A stretch of DNA of 63,478 nt from a virus (lineage: Duplodnaviria > Caudoviricetes): positions 1 through 63,478 of the IMG/VR virus record IMGVR_UViG_3300009596_000001. One strand, given 5' to 3'. Position numbers and translations under genes: made by a program. Positions 17,598 to 25,430 of the stretch are shown piece by piece (positions within the stretch are counted from its first letter, which is position 1; each line of letters begins with the position of its first letter). Below the pieces are notes generated by a model. That model ran no database searches. It saw only the letters and a program-made list of their open reading frames with translations, and had not been told where the DNA came from.

Positions 17598-18113
17598 CTA
17601 CTTCACCTCCTCGCTTAAGTTTGAATTGTGAAGTATGATGGCAAAATTCACTAAAAATTTGATTGTTTCTTCTAATCCTTTTACCACACATATTTCACCA
17701 GTTGATAACTTCATCCTTAATCCAAATTCATTTGCCAAAAACTCTAATTCATACTGCACAGTATCACCACCACATTCAACCGAAATAACACCTTCCTTTA
17801 ACAATTTTTCTACACCAACCACCTCGCTTATTAATCTACACACCTCTTCCAAAAACCTGTGTATACCAGAGAAATGCAATGACCACACCCAGCAATTCCA
17901 ACCGCAACATTCCATCCCTACATCTATCACGTGCCCCTCTTCCTTATATACTTCTGCGGGAAACACCCGTAAATCTCTACGACCATACCTCTTCAAATAC
18001 CGGTTCAAATGCCTAACCACCTCCAGCGTTGCCTCACACATACTACACTCTCCAATCTTCCACACAGCCTTTCTTTTACCGGGCTCTATTTTTCTAATGT
18101 TATAATACATCAT
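17598..18113 (-). CDS. Paralog-array protein 1
   Basis: P.KRKAVWK..ECSMC, EGHV, WSLH, VKGLEETIKFL. Confidence 0.9.
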   Translation of the reverse strand: MMYYNIRKIEPGKRKAVWKIGECSMCEATLEVVRHLNRYLKRYGRRDLRVFPAEVYKEEGHVIDVGMECCGWNCWVWSLHFSGIHRFLEEVCRLISEVVGVEKLLKEGVISVECGGDTVQYELEFLANEFGLRMKLSTGEICVVKGLEETIKFLVNFAIILHNSNLSEEVK

Positions 18114-18145
18114 ATTTCACCTCCTTCAGTCAACATTGATATTAA

Positions 18146-19474
18146 TCAATCAACATTGATATTAATCACTACTGCGGGCGGTGGTATATCAACTTCTTTA
18201 TCACCTACCACCACCACGATTAACCTTACATCCACATCCTCTACTCCAGCCCAATCGCACCAGCCGTCTGTCAAAACCACAACTTCGTCAAACTGACCCC
18301 ACTGCAATACCTCTTTTATCGCTGCCACCATGTCCGTTCCACCACCGCCAATAAGTTCTATTTCGTCCACACTACCTACCTCTTTGGGCTCTCCTTTCAA
18401 GCATGTGTCTGCGCACACGACAGACACACGCTTTCTTACTTCTAAAATTGCACGAACCTCGGACAGGACTGCCGCCAACTCCCTTTCCGACATTGAGCCG
18501 CTTGTGTCAATAATGACACAAGAGCGGCTCGGCGAGTGCAGCCTGTCCGTAGGTAGGATGATATTCTCGTCAATAAATGCTCTTTTCGCACGATGAAAAT
18601 CCTTGCGTAGAACTGACGGCTTACTGCGTGCACGGGTTAACTTGTCACGCAGTATTTGCCGCCAGTCTACTTTTGCGGGCTCCAACGCTCTATCCACCAC
18701 AATTTGCAGTTCCCCGGGCAAGTTACCGACGGTTTTTGCTGCGTCGGCAACTTGCCGCAAAACCTCCCGCCTGAACTCTTCGGTGATGATGCGGTCATCC
18801 TCCTCCTGTTCCCATTCAGCCTTCCGCCCTGTAACCCCACTACCCTCGTTTTGCGCTTTTTCCACCGCTTCCTTCAACTTTTCACCTGCCCCGCCGTCAT
18901 CACTTTTTCTTTGCGACGGGGCAGAGGATGATGCGGAGGATGACGACGAAGAAGATGCAGAAGAAGACGCAGAAGAAGACGAAGAAGAAGCGGGCGAGGA
19001 TGCGGACTGCATGCGGCGCATTATTTCTTCGGCATACTCCTCCGCTGTTAATCCCCAAGGCAATCCATAGTTGACGGGGAGTAACATACCGAACGCGCGC
19101 ATCTCTTTCTCCCATTTCTCTCCGCCGACCTCACGGAGAATTGAATTCACCGCAAGGTCGGCTGCTATGTTAGCCACGTTCGCAGGATACTGCTTCATTC
19201 GTTCTCCATGCTGCGCTGCAGCATGGAGAACTTCGTGGACGAAAACGATAAACTGTCGCTCACTATTCTGTTGAAGCATTTGCGGGTCCACATACAACGT
19301 CCACCTTTCATCCACCCCCATCGTGTGGAACGGCAAGTTCTGGACCCGCAGCCTCAACTGCACTGCGACGGGGTAAAGATACGGCAACTCCCGCCGCAAC
19401 CGTAGACGACACTCCTCTAACATTCCTGCCACTTGAATGATAAATTCATTCTGCTTCTGTTGCGTCATCGTCAT
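18146..19474 (-). CDS. HExxH metallopeptidase-like plus vWA domain protein (DUF2201-like)
   Basis: TMGVD, HEVLH, NIAADLAVN; poly-Ser linker; MIDAS DTSGSM, GGGGTD, LTDG. Confidence 0.9.
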   Translation of the reverse strand: MTMTQQKQNEFIIQVAGMLEECRLRLRRELPYLYPVAVQLRLRVQNLPFHTMGVDERWTLYVDPQMLQQNSERQFIVFVHEVLHAAAQHGERMKQYPANVANIAADLAVNSILREVGGEKWEKEMRAFGMLLPVNYGLPWGLTAEEYAEEIMRRMQSASSPASSSSSSASSSASSSSSSSASSSAPSQRKSDDGGAGEKLKEAVEKAQNEGSGVTGRKAEWEQEEDDRIITEEFRREVLRQVADAAKTVGNLPGELQIVVDRALEPAKVDWRQILRDKLTRARSKPSVLRKDFHRAKRAFIDENIILPTDRLHSPSRSCVIIDTSGSMSERELAAVLSEVRAILEVRKRVSVVCADTCLKGEPKEVGSVDEIELIGGGGTDMVAAIKEVLQWGQFDEVVVLTDGWCDWAGVEDVDVRLIVVVVGDKEVDIPPPAVVININVD

Positions 19475-20653
19475 TCACCTCCGTGAAATAATTTGCGTCA
19501 ACTGTATATCCAAGATGCCTGCGCGCAGCATGTATCTGCTACATGCTGCACGCAGGCGCTCGGACACGTCTGAAAGTTTCGCGCACTTATATTCATCCAA
19601 TATTAACTTAAATTTGGTTTGCACGAACGCAACGAAATCTTCAGTTTTGTATGATGACACGACGCCGATAATGCCCGACATCACCGCAAAAGCGATGTCG
19701 GGCTTAGATGGGTGCAGATATTCTTTAAGGATTGCGGGGTTTTTAATTACATCTACGGGGTTAGGCAGTCTTGTGTTTTGTATGTAGACGATAAGTTGTG
19801 CTGCTGCCGCTTGACCCACCGTTGCGCACGCTACCATGCTCCACTCCGAGGCGGTCATGTTTGTGACCGCCATCATTCGTGCGCATAAATCCCATGTTCT
19901 CCTTGACGGGAACACGGGATTTTTTCTGTCAATCGTGCTAACACGCCTGAATTGCGGGTTCGCTTTCAAGAAACCCGCAACGAGCATGTTAGCACGCATG
20001 AAATTTTCTCGTGCGGTTTCAGGGGAAATATTATTAACAGATACATTACAGGAGTTTTTGCGGGACACGAGCCACTCCAACCACTCGTCATCTCCCGCTT
20101 CGTCGGGCAGCAGCGTAAAGTGCGCTGCCCGATTGCAGAACGCGGGCGTGAGTGGTATATCGTTATAACTCACGCCCGGGGGATTTGATAACGCTATAAA
20201 ACGCACATTGGGGTTGGGTTGGAAGCGGTAAATTGCACGGGGGTTTTCAATCGCCAGCGTATCATACACGACGCCTTGCAGGGCGGCAATCACGTCCGCC
20301 CTGGCGTCGTTCAATTCCTCAAGAAGCACGATTGTTGGCTCGTCAGACGACATTGCGTCTGCGAGCCATCTGGGGGGCAGAAAATCCATTACGCCATCCT
20401 CCTCGCATTTCACGGGATATCCGCCTACATCTTCGGGCACCATTCTGGTTGCCCGAATTTCAAGTAGACGGAACCCGTTTTGCCGGGCGAATTCGTTCAC
20501 AATACTGCTTTTTCCTTCGCCCGGCAAAGACCACACGACAATTAACCGTGCCCCGAACTCGGGGTCACGGACAATAAAACGGAGCGGTTCGGACATGCTT
20601 ACGACCTTTGCGCCAATTAGCGTCTGTTCAGCACGCATTGTGAACACCTCCAT
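19475..20653 (-). CDS. MoxR-like AAA+ ATPase
   Basis: SLPGEGKS Walker A, EDVGGYP, PPRW, IVLLEEL Walker B variant, SNP, PAFCNR, FPSRRTW. Confidence 0.9.
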   Translation of the reverse strand: MEVFTMRAEQTLIGAKVVSMSEPLRFIVRDPEFGARLIVVWSLPGEGKSSIVNEFARQNGFRLLEIRATRMVPEDVGGYPVKCEEDGVMDFLPPRWLADAMSSDEPTIVLLEELNDARADVIAALQGVVYDTLAIENPRAIYRFQPNPNVRFIALSNPPGVSYNDIPLTPAFCNRAAHFTLLPDEAGDDEWLEWLVSRKNSCNVSVNNISPETARENFMRANMLVAGFLKANPQFRRVSTIDRKNPVFPSRRTWDLCARMMAVTNMTASEWSMVACATVGQAAAAQLIVYIQNTRLPNPVDVIKNPAILKEYLHPSKPDIAFAVMSGIIGVVSSYKTEDFVAFVQTKFKLILDEYKCAKLSDVSERLRAACSRYMLRAGILDIQLTQIISRR

Positions 20654-20669
20654 CTTAGTATCTTAGTAT

Positions 20670-21299
20670 TTACTTCATAAACGCAGCCTCAATCAACATT
20701 TTCTCCACATCTGTCAACGGCAACCCGCTATCGCACCACAACCACTCAACCGCCTCGGTATCCACCGCTTCAGCATATCTCTTCTCCCCACTTCTACAAT
20801 CCACCACTTCTGCGTATAACCGCAACGACCCGAATATATCTCTGAACGGGTCCGTTGCGGTGTAAAGATCCACGCCCTCACCGAAAAGGTGAGGGTCATG
20901 GTCTGTTACGACAAATGGGTAATACACATACCCGCTGCGCACATCGCCGCCGAGGTGCATACCTACGACGGCGATGACAACATTGCAGGGGGAATAAAAC
21001 TCTACTACTTTATAGTTCACGGTGGGTCCCCACCACCCGTAATTGTAGGTGTTGTCGCCATAAAAACGACAACACCTACGGGCTGCATACTCCTCCACGA
21101 AATGCGCAAAATCACAGAAGGACGATATATTTGCCCGGAGCAACCTACCGATTTGCCGCCATGACACCTTGCGATACCATGGCGGAATAAGACGACGGGG
21201 GATGTGGGTGAGGTTAACGAACATGCGATACGACATCGTAAACGGAAATTCTTCTGACTCAACAAAGAGACGCACACGGAAGATTTTCGTTCGCAACAT
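20670..21299 (-). CDS. Hypothetical early protein
   Basis: GGAGG RBS; DNTYN and HLGGDVRSGY motifs look like a conserved phage family. Confidence 0.7.
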   Translation of the reverse strand: MLRTKIFRVRLFVESEEFPFTMSYRMFVNLTHIPRRLIPPWYRKVSWRQIGRLLRANISSFCDFAHFVEEYAARRCCRFYGDNTYNYGWWGPTVNYKVVEFYSPCNVVIAVVGMHLGGDVRSGYVYYPFVVTDHDPHLFGEGVDLYTATDPFRDIFGSLRLYAEVVDCRSGEKRYAEAVDTEAVEWLWCDSGLPLTDVEKMLIEAAFMK

Positions 21300-21355
21300 C
21301 GTAATCGCCTCCTTACTTGCAGGGTTAGTTAAATCTAACCCCGCTTGGATTGTAT

Positions 21356-21391
21356 AAAAAAAATGCGGGACGGGCGTGAACCCGCCCCGCA
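21356..21391 (-). terminator. Intrinsic terminator (near-duplicate of 21815-21847)
   Basis: GCGGGGCGGG-loop-CCCGTCCCGC followed by a T-run on the - strand. Confidence 0.75.
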
Positions 21392-21418
21392 GCAGGGACG
21401 AGCAGGGGCTGTGCGGGC

Positions 21419-21766
21419 TTACATTGTTATGAACGCCCGCACGGCAATGATGCGTCCCTGCTCGTCTCTAATTGCGTCCCGACCCGTGTCCGGCGCAACG
21501 AACAGGGGTCGGGACGGTAGTAAGCCGCTCGCCGCCATTCCCATAAGGAATGGCAGCGAGACAACGACAATATCAGCGTCCGCCAACTCAGGCGGCAGTT
21601 GCGGCAACTTAAACTGCCGCCTTCGCAACGGAACGCCTGCGACTTCTCCCTGCGGCTCGTCCTCTTCAACGAGCCGCAGGACAACGCCGCTTGGAGGGAG
21701 GGTTATGCGTCCACCCTCCTCCAAAACGACATCAATTGGATGTGGTGTAGCGTTTAAAATACGCAT
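21419..21766 (-). CDS. NxTPH-family small viral protein
   Basis: NATPHPI...LPPSG...R...IVVVS...APDTG..AIRDEQGRI pattern; GGAGGTG RBS. Confidence 0.75.
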   Translation of the reverse strand: MRILNATPHPIDVVLEEGGRITLPPSGVVLRLVEEDEPQGEVAGVPLRRRQFKLPQLPPELADADIVVVSLPFLMGMAASGLLPSRPLFVAPDTGRDAIRDEQGRIIAVRAFITM

Positions 21767-21814
21767 ACGTCAACACCTCCTTAGTTTTTAGTTTAAATCC
21801 ACTACAAAAAACTT

Positions 21815-21847
21815 AAAAAATGCGGGACGGGCATAAACCCGTCCCGC
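21815..21847 (-). terminator. Intrinsic terminator
   Basis: GCGGGACGGG-loop-CCCGTCCCGC followed by T6 on the - strand. Confidence 0.75.
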
Positions 21848-21865
21848 CTAAACCCTTCTGGTGGC

Positions 21866-22294
21866 TCAATCACCCAGGCGGCGATTGAACCACCAGGGAT
21901 GTCTCTCTTTTAGCAAGCGCTTCAATTCGCCGCCCAATTGGTCCGGATACGCTTCCACCGCATCCGGACCAAAACGAGAAAGGAACGACAACAAGTCGGA
22001 CGGATACAGCAGGAATTCCTTGAATTCCTGCCGTATGCCGTCCCACTGACGGCAACGCAACCACCAGGTTTTTTCATCTAACTCCAGAAGCACTTCATTC
22101 CATGCCTCTGGAGTCTTGCGGGAAACCAGAACCTTCCACCGCCGCACCAAGGCTGCGGCGACGAAGGTGAACTGGCGTGATAACGACACGAAGTAGGTGA
22201 AGAAGGGTTTTTGCACGGGAGGGTGCTGGATAATTTCCACCACCCCTTTCTCCAACATACACACTTCTTTAATCGCCAATTCACGCCTGGTCAT
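21866..22294 (-). CDS. Hypothetical early protein
   Basis: AGGAGGGG RBS; bounded by repeat unit A and a terminator. Confidence 0.7.
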   Translation of the reverse strand: MTRRELAIKEVCMLEKGVVEIIQHPPVQKPFFTYFVSLSRQFTFVAAALVRRWKVLVSRKTPEAWNEVLLELDEKTWWLRCRQWDGIRQEFKEFLLYPSDLLSFLSRFGPDAVEAYPDQLGGELKRLLKERHPWWFNRRLGD

Positions 22295-22336
22295 CTTTCT
22301 TCCCCTCCTTTTTGTTTTTGCGCCGCCATATCGGCG

Positions 22337-22366
22337 GCGCTAAGCCCACAATGGTGCGATTGCTGC
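22337..22366 (-). repeat. CRISPR-repeat-like unit A
   Basis: GCAGC-AATCGCACCATTGTGGG-CTTAGCGC. Confidence 0.6.
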
Positions 22367-22370
22367 GATT

Positions 22371-22414
22371 AAAAAGGCACAGCACGGCTTTAATTACAAC
22401 CACCGTGCTGTGCC
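22371..22414 (-). terminator. Intrinsic terminator
   Basis: GGCACAGCACGG...CCGTGCTGTGCC stem followed by T5. Confidence 0.7.
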
Positions 22415-22420
22415 CACAAA

Positions 22421-22621
22421 CTAATCGTTGCGGAGGGGGGTAATTTCAAATTTCCACATCCAACTGATGCGCCCCTCCTCTTTATCTTTAAGGAGGGACG
22501 CCTTTTGTTTCTCTGCGCATTCGGCGCAGAGAAACACTTCTACATCAAACCCCTCTGCCCCAAGATAAACATGTGTTACCCGCACTGAGGCGGGCTCGGA
22601 ACATTTGCGACACTTTTCCAT
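22421..22621 (-). CDS. Small CxxC...CxxC zinc-binding early protein (66 aa)
   Basis: GGAGG RBS before MEKCRKC; CAEC. Confidence 0.7.
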   Translation of the reverse strand: MEKCRKCSEPASVRVTHVYLGAEGFDVEVFLCAECAEKQKASLLKDKEEGRISWMWKFEITPLRND

Positions 22622-22674
22622 CTTAATCGCCTCCTGCATCATATAATTGTAGCACGAAACGACACGGCATATCG

Positions 22675-22704
22675 CCGCCAATCCCACATTGGTGCGATTG
22701 CTGC
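22675..22704 (-). repeat. CRISPR-repeat-like unit B
   Basis: GCAGC-AATCGCACCAATGTGGG-ATTGGCGG. Confidence 0.65.
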
Positions 22705-22708
22705 AATT

Positions 22709-22744
22709 AAAAAGAAAACCCCGCCGCCGATATGGCGGCGGGGG
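22709..22744 (-). terminator. Intrinsic terminator with an ATATC loop
   Basis: CCCCGCCGCC-ATATC-GGCGGCGGGG followed by TTTTCTTTTT. Confidence 0.75.
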
Positions 22745-22850
22745 TGCGACGGGAGGGGCACGCTGGGCAGATAATTGTAACGATTATTGTAAAAATGATT
22801 GCAACGATTATTGTAAAGATGATTGTAGAACGACACGACATATCGTCGTG

Positions 22851-22880
22851 CCGTCAATCCCACAATGGTGCGATTTAAAA
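22851..22880 (-). repeat. CRISPR-repeat-like unit C
   Basis: TTTTA-AATCGCACCATTGTGGG-ATTGACGG. Confidence 0.65.
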
Positions 22881-22882
22881 TC

Positions 22883-22919
22883 AAAAAAACAAACCCCGGC
22901 GGCTTTGGTGCCGCCGGGG
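22883..22919 (-). terminator. Intrinsic terminator
   Basis: CCCCGGCGGC-loop-GCCGCCGGGG followed by TTTGTTTTTTT. Confidence 0.75.
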
Positions 22920-22935
22920 CTGCGGACTTGGCGGA

Positions 22936-23334
22936 TTACTTCAGCAAAATGTCCGCCAAGTCCTGCAACAACTGGCGGGTCCTTGACGCACTTCGGCGTC
23001 CCTCGCGGGCTACGCCGAAGTGCAAGAAACTTCCGTCTCTGCCTCTACTAACCCTGATAGGGACAGGATTACCGTTAATGGTGAATTCCACGACAAAGGG
23101 ATTGAAAGGTTGGAATTTTTTCCCTGTGGGTGCGGATAGGGCAGTGTGACCCGACCGAGGTCTGGTCACAAAGTCAAGTGACCGTTCTGCAATGACTGTA
23201 GCCACAAGAGTGACCACAGCCCTTTGAAAATCGTCTAACTTTTCTACATCAACCTCAATCCTCACACTTTGCCCTTCCGCCACCAAAATTTCACCCTGCG
23301 TCGTCCAATTGACTTGGGACTTTTTACTTGCCAT
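22936..23334 (-). CDS. First early gene, hypothetical basic protein
   Basis: GGAGG RBS before MASKK; directly downstream of a consensus promoter. Confidence 0.75.
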   Translation of the reverse strand: MASKKSQVNWTTQGEILVAEGQSVRIEVDVEKLDDFQRAVVTLVATVIAERSLDFVTRPRSGHTALSAPTGKKFQPFNPFVVEFTINGNPVPIRVSRGRDGSFLHFGVAREGRRSASRTRQLLQDLADILLK

Positions 23335-23391
23335 CTTCAATCCCTCCTTACTTGTTGAATTTCCCGCAGCCTATCGCTGCGGTCATCATCA

Positions 23392-23420
23392 ATTATAGCC
23401 GTCAAAACTTGTCCAGTCAA
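23392..23420 (-). promoter_or_regulatory. Strong sigma70-type early promoter
   Basis: TTGACT-N17-TATAAT with an AT-rich upstream element. Confidence 0.85.
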
Positions 23421-23469
23421 CACAAAAAATTCCAGAATTGCCTGACACAATCCTGTAGCCCTGTCTATT

Positions 23470-24220
23470 TCATTTTGCTTCACTTTCATCACCTTTTAAC
23501 ATTTATTCACCTTTTCAACATTTATTCACCTTCTTCACTTTGTCACCCTTGCCCCATTTTCACCAATTCAATCTCACAAACTTATTTTGAATTTTGTTGC
23601 AAAACATATAAAACCTCACAAACCTCAACAACCCATCAAACCTCACAAACCCTACAAAATCGCACAAAAAGCGACAAACTGTCAAAAATGTGACAACTTG
23701 TTCAAATTGCTTTAACCTCACAAAATTCGCAAACCTTACAAATTTCATAAACCTCACAAAATCGCAACAAATTGCCTTAATTGCATCAAGTCGTTTATGT
23801 TGTTCAAATTGCATCAAGTTACTAAACTTGACAAATTACTCAAACCTCACAAAAATGCAACAAACTTAGAATTGACCAAACCAGCGATATCATCACAAAA
23901 CCTAAAAGCGTCAAAACACTTAAAAATTGTTTGTGTCTAAATTATGTCCAAGTTTGTAAGTGTAACAGTAATTTAAACTTTGTTTCTTTCGCATTTTTGT
24001 TAAACTTTTTCTATTTTCATTTTTGCACTAACTTTTCCGATTTTACCTGTCATCGCTGCTGTTGCTTTACTTAACCCTTCCGTAAGTTTTTAAGTTTTGC
24101 AATTTTTTGCTGAAGTTTTCGCTTTGATTGATTTTTGCCTGCCACAAAACTTGACTAATTTTTACCTGCTGCAAAAACTTGACAGAGTTTTTGTTTCGTC
24201 AGTTTTCGCAAAACTTGCTA
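23470..24220. repeat. Non-coding strand-switch region with ~9-bp periodic degenerate repeats
   Basis: TTCAC-type units, then AAACCTCAC/CAAA-type units, then T-tract units; no credible ORF. Confidence 0.7.
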
Positions 24221-24324
24221 AATGCCCCCACCCCCTGTCGCCGCTTTTTTAAAGCCGTATCGCCCCAAAAATTTTGCAAGACACTGTCGTGTGTGTTAAA
24301 ATTAAAACTGGAGGTGACGGCATC

Positions 24325-24885
24325 GTGTCTGTCAAATCTACTGGGTCTATTAGGTCTATTACTTTGCGGGAAGTTTTAAAGCGGGCGAAGTCTGCCATAT
24401 CCCGCAAAATTCGTTATGGGTTGGGGTATGGTGGATTGAACCCTGATGCGCCTGGTCCTGAAAGTGCTGAGGGGTTATGTGATTGTAGTGGGTTTGTTTG
24501 TTGGTGTTTGGGGTTTAGCAGGAAGGTTGATGATGTGAAGTATGTTGAGTTTAATGGTGGGTGGGTGAATACGGATGCGATGATACAGGATGGCAAGTAT
24601 TGGGGTAGGTTATTTACGATATTGGATGAACCGAAGGTGGGTTGTTTGATTGTGTATGGAAGTGGGAAAGGTCGTCGTTATGGGCATGTAGGGATAGTTG
24701 TGTCGGTTACGAAGGGCAAGGTAGAGAAGGTTATTCATTGTTCTAAGGAGAATGAGCGTAGGTATGGGAATGCTGTGTGGGAGACTGACGATGCTGTATG
24801 GCGGGGCAAGAAGACTTATTTTCTTTGGTATAAGGGGATTGTTGGGCATAAGGGGATTGTGGGGCAGAAGGGGGGAGTGAAGTGA
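24325..24885 (+). CDS. NlpC/P60 (CHAP-like) peptidoglycan hydrolase, probable endolysin
   Basis: CDCSGFVCW, GHVGIV, VIHC; GTG start after GGAGGTG. Confidence 0.85.
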   Translation: MSVKSTGSIRSITLREVLKRAKSAISRKIRYGLGYGGLNPDAPGPESAEGLCDCSGFVCWCLGFSRKVDDVKYVEFNGGWVNTDAMIQDGKYWGRLFTILDEPKVGCLIVYGSGKGRRYGHVGIVVSVTKGKVEKVIHCSKENERRYGNAVWETDDAVWRGKKTYFLWYKGIVGHKGIVGQKGGVK

Positions 24886-25430
24886 TGGGGCGCAGAAGGC
24901 GAGAGGGATTGGACAAAGATGAAGGGAAGTTATTGCGTTGGATACTTATTGTTCGGAAGATGAAGGAGGAGGGGCTACCTGCTTCTGTTGCTTTCAAGAC
25001 TTTATGTGAGTATGGTGTGAGTTTTGATGTGGCGTTTGAAATTGTTCGTGATGAATATGGGGTTTTGTTGGACGATTTATTGCGTTGGAGTGAAGAGGAA
25101 GGCTGGATGGAGGAGGGTGGATGGTTTAGGAAGATAGAAGAAGGGATGGGGATAATAATAGAGGGTAGGTTAGTTCGTAGGGCGTTGGAGGGAAGTGTTG
25201 CTGCTCAGAAGGCGTATCTTGTGAAGTGGCGACCTGAAGAGTGGAGTGAGCGGGTTAAGGTGGAGAGTGTTGGGGAGCCTGAAACGAAGGTGATGGTAGT
25301 TTTGGGTTATGTGCCGAAGGACATGGAGCAGAAGGTTTTGCCGCCTGTTGTTGAAGTTGTGGACATTTCCAAGCAGGTTTTAGAGGCAGGTGAAGAAGGT
25401 GAAGGCGATAGAGAAGGTTCTGATGCCTGA
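24882..25430 (+). CDS. terS: Terminase small subunit (putative)
   Basis: RALEGSVAAQKAYL..WRPEEW resembles TerS C-terminal motifs; immediately upstream of TerL. Confidence 0.65.
   Translation: MMGRRRREGLDKDEGKLLRWILIVRKMKEEGLPASVAFKTLCEYGVSFDVAFEIVRDEYGVLLDDLLRWSEEEGWMEEGGWFRKIEEGMGIIIEGRLVRRALEGSVAAQKAYLVKWRPEEWSERVKVESVGEPETKVMVVLGYVPKDMEQKVLPPVVEVVDISKQVLEAGEEGEGDREGSDA

Noticed and set aside
15044-18113. Diversity-generating retroelement as the source of paralog variation
   Set aside because: No reverse transcriptase and no template/variable repeat pair differing at adenines
21323-21355. Possible fourth CRISPR-like repeat (GTTAAATCTAACCCCGCTTGGATTG)
   Set aside because: Opposite orientation, lacks the 17-mer core, and is explained by a local GGTTAG/CTAACC hairpin
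22337-22880. Canonical CRISPR array
   Set aside because: Units are about 150 and 310 nt apart, separated by terminators and an ORF, with divergent 3' ends and no cas operon; reported instead as solitary repeat-like units
23328-23817. ORFs on both strands of the 9-bp repeat region
   Set aside because: Low-complexity products of the periodic DNA; no RBS
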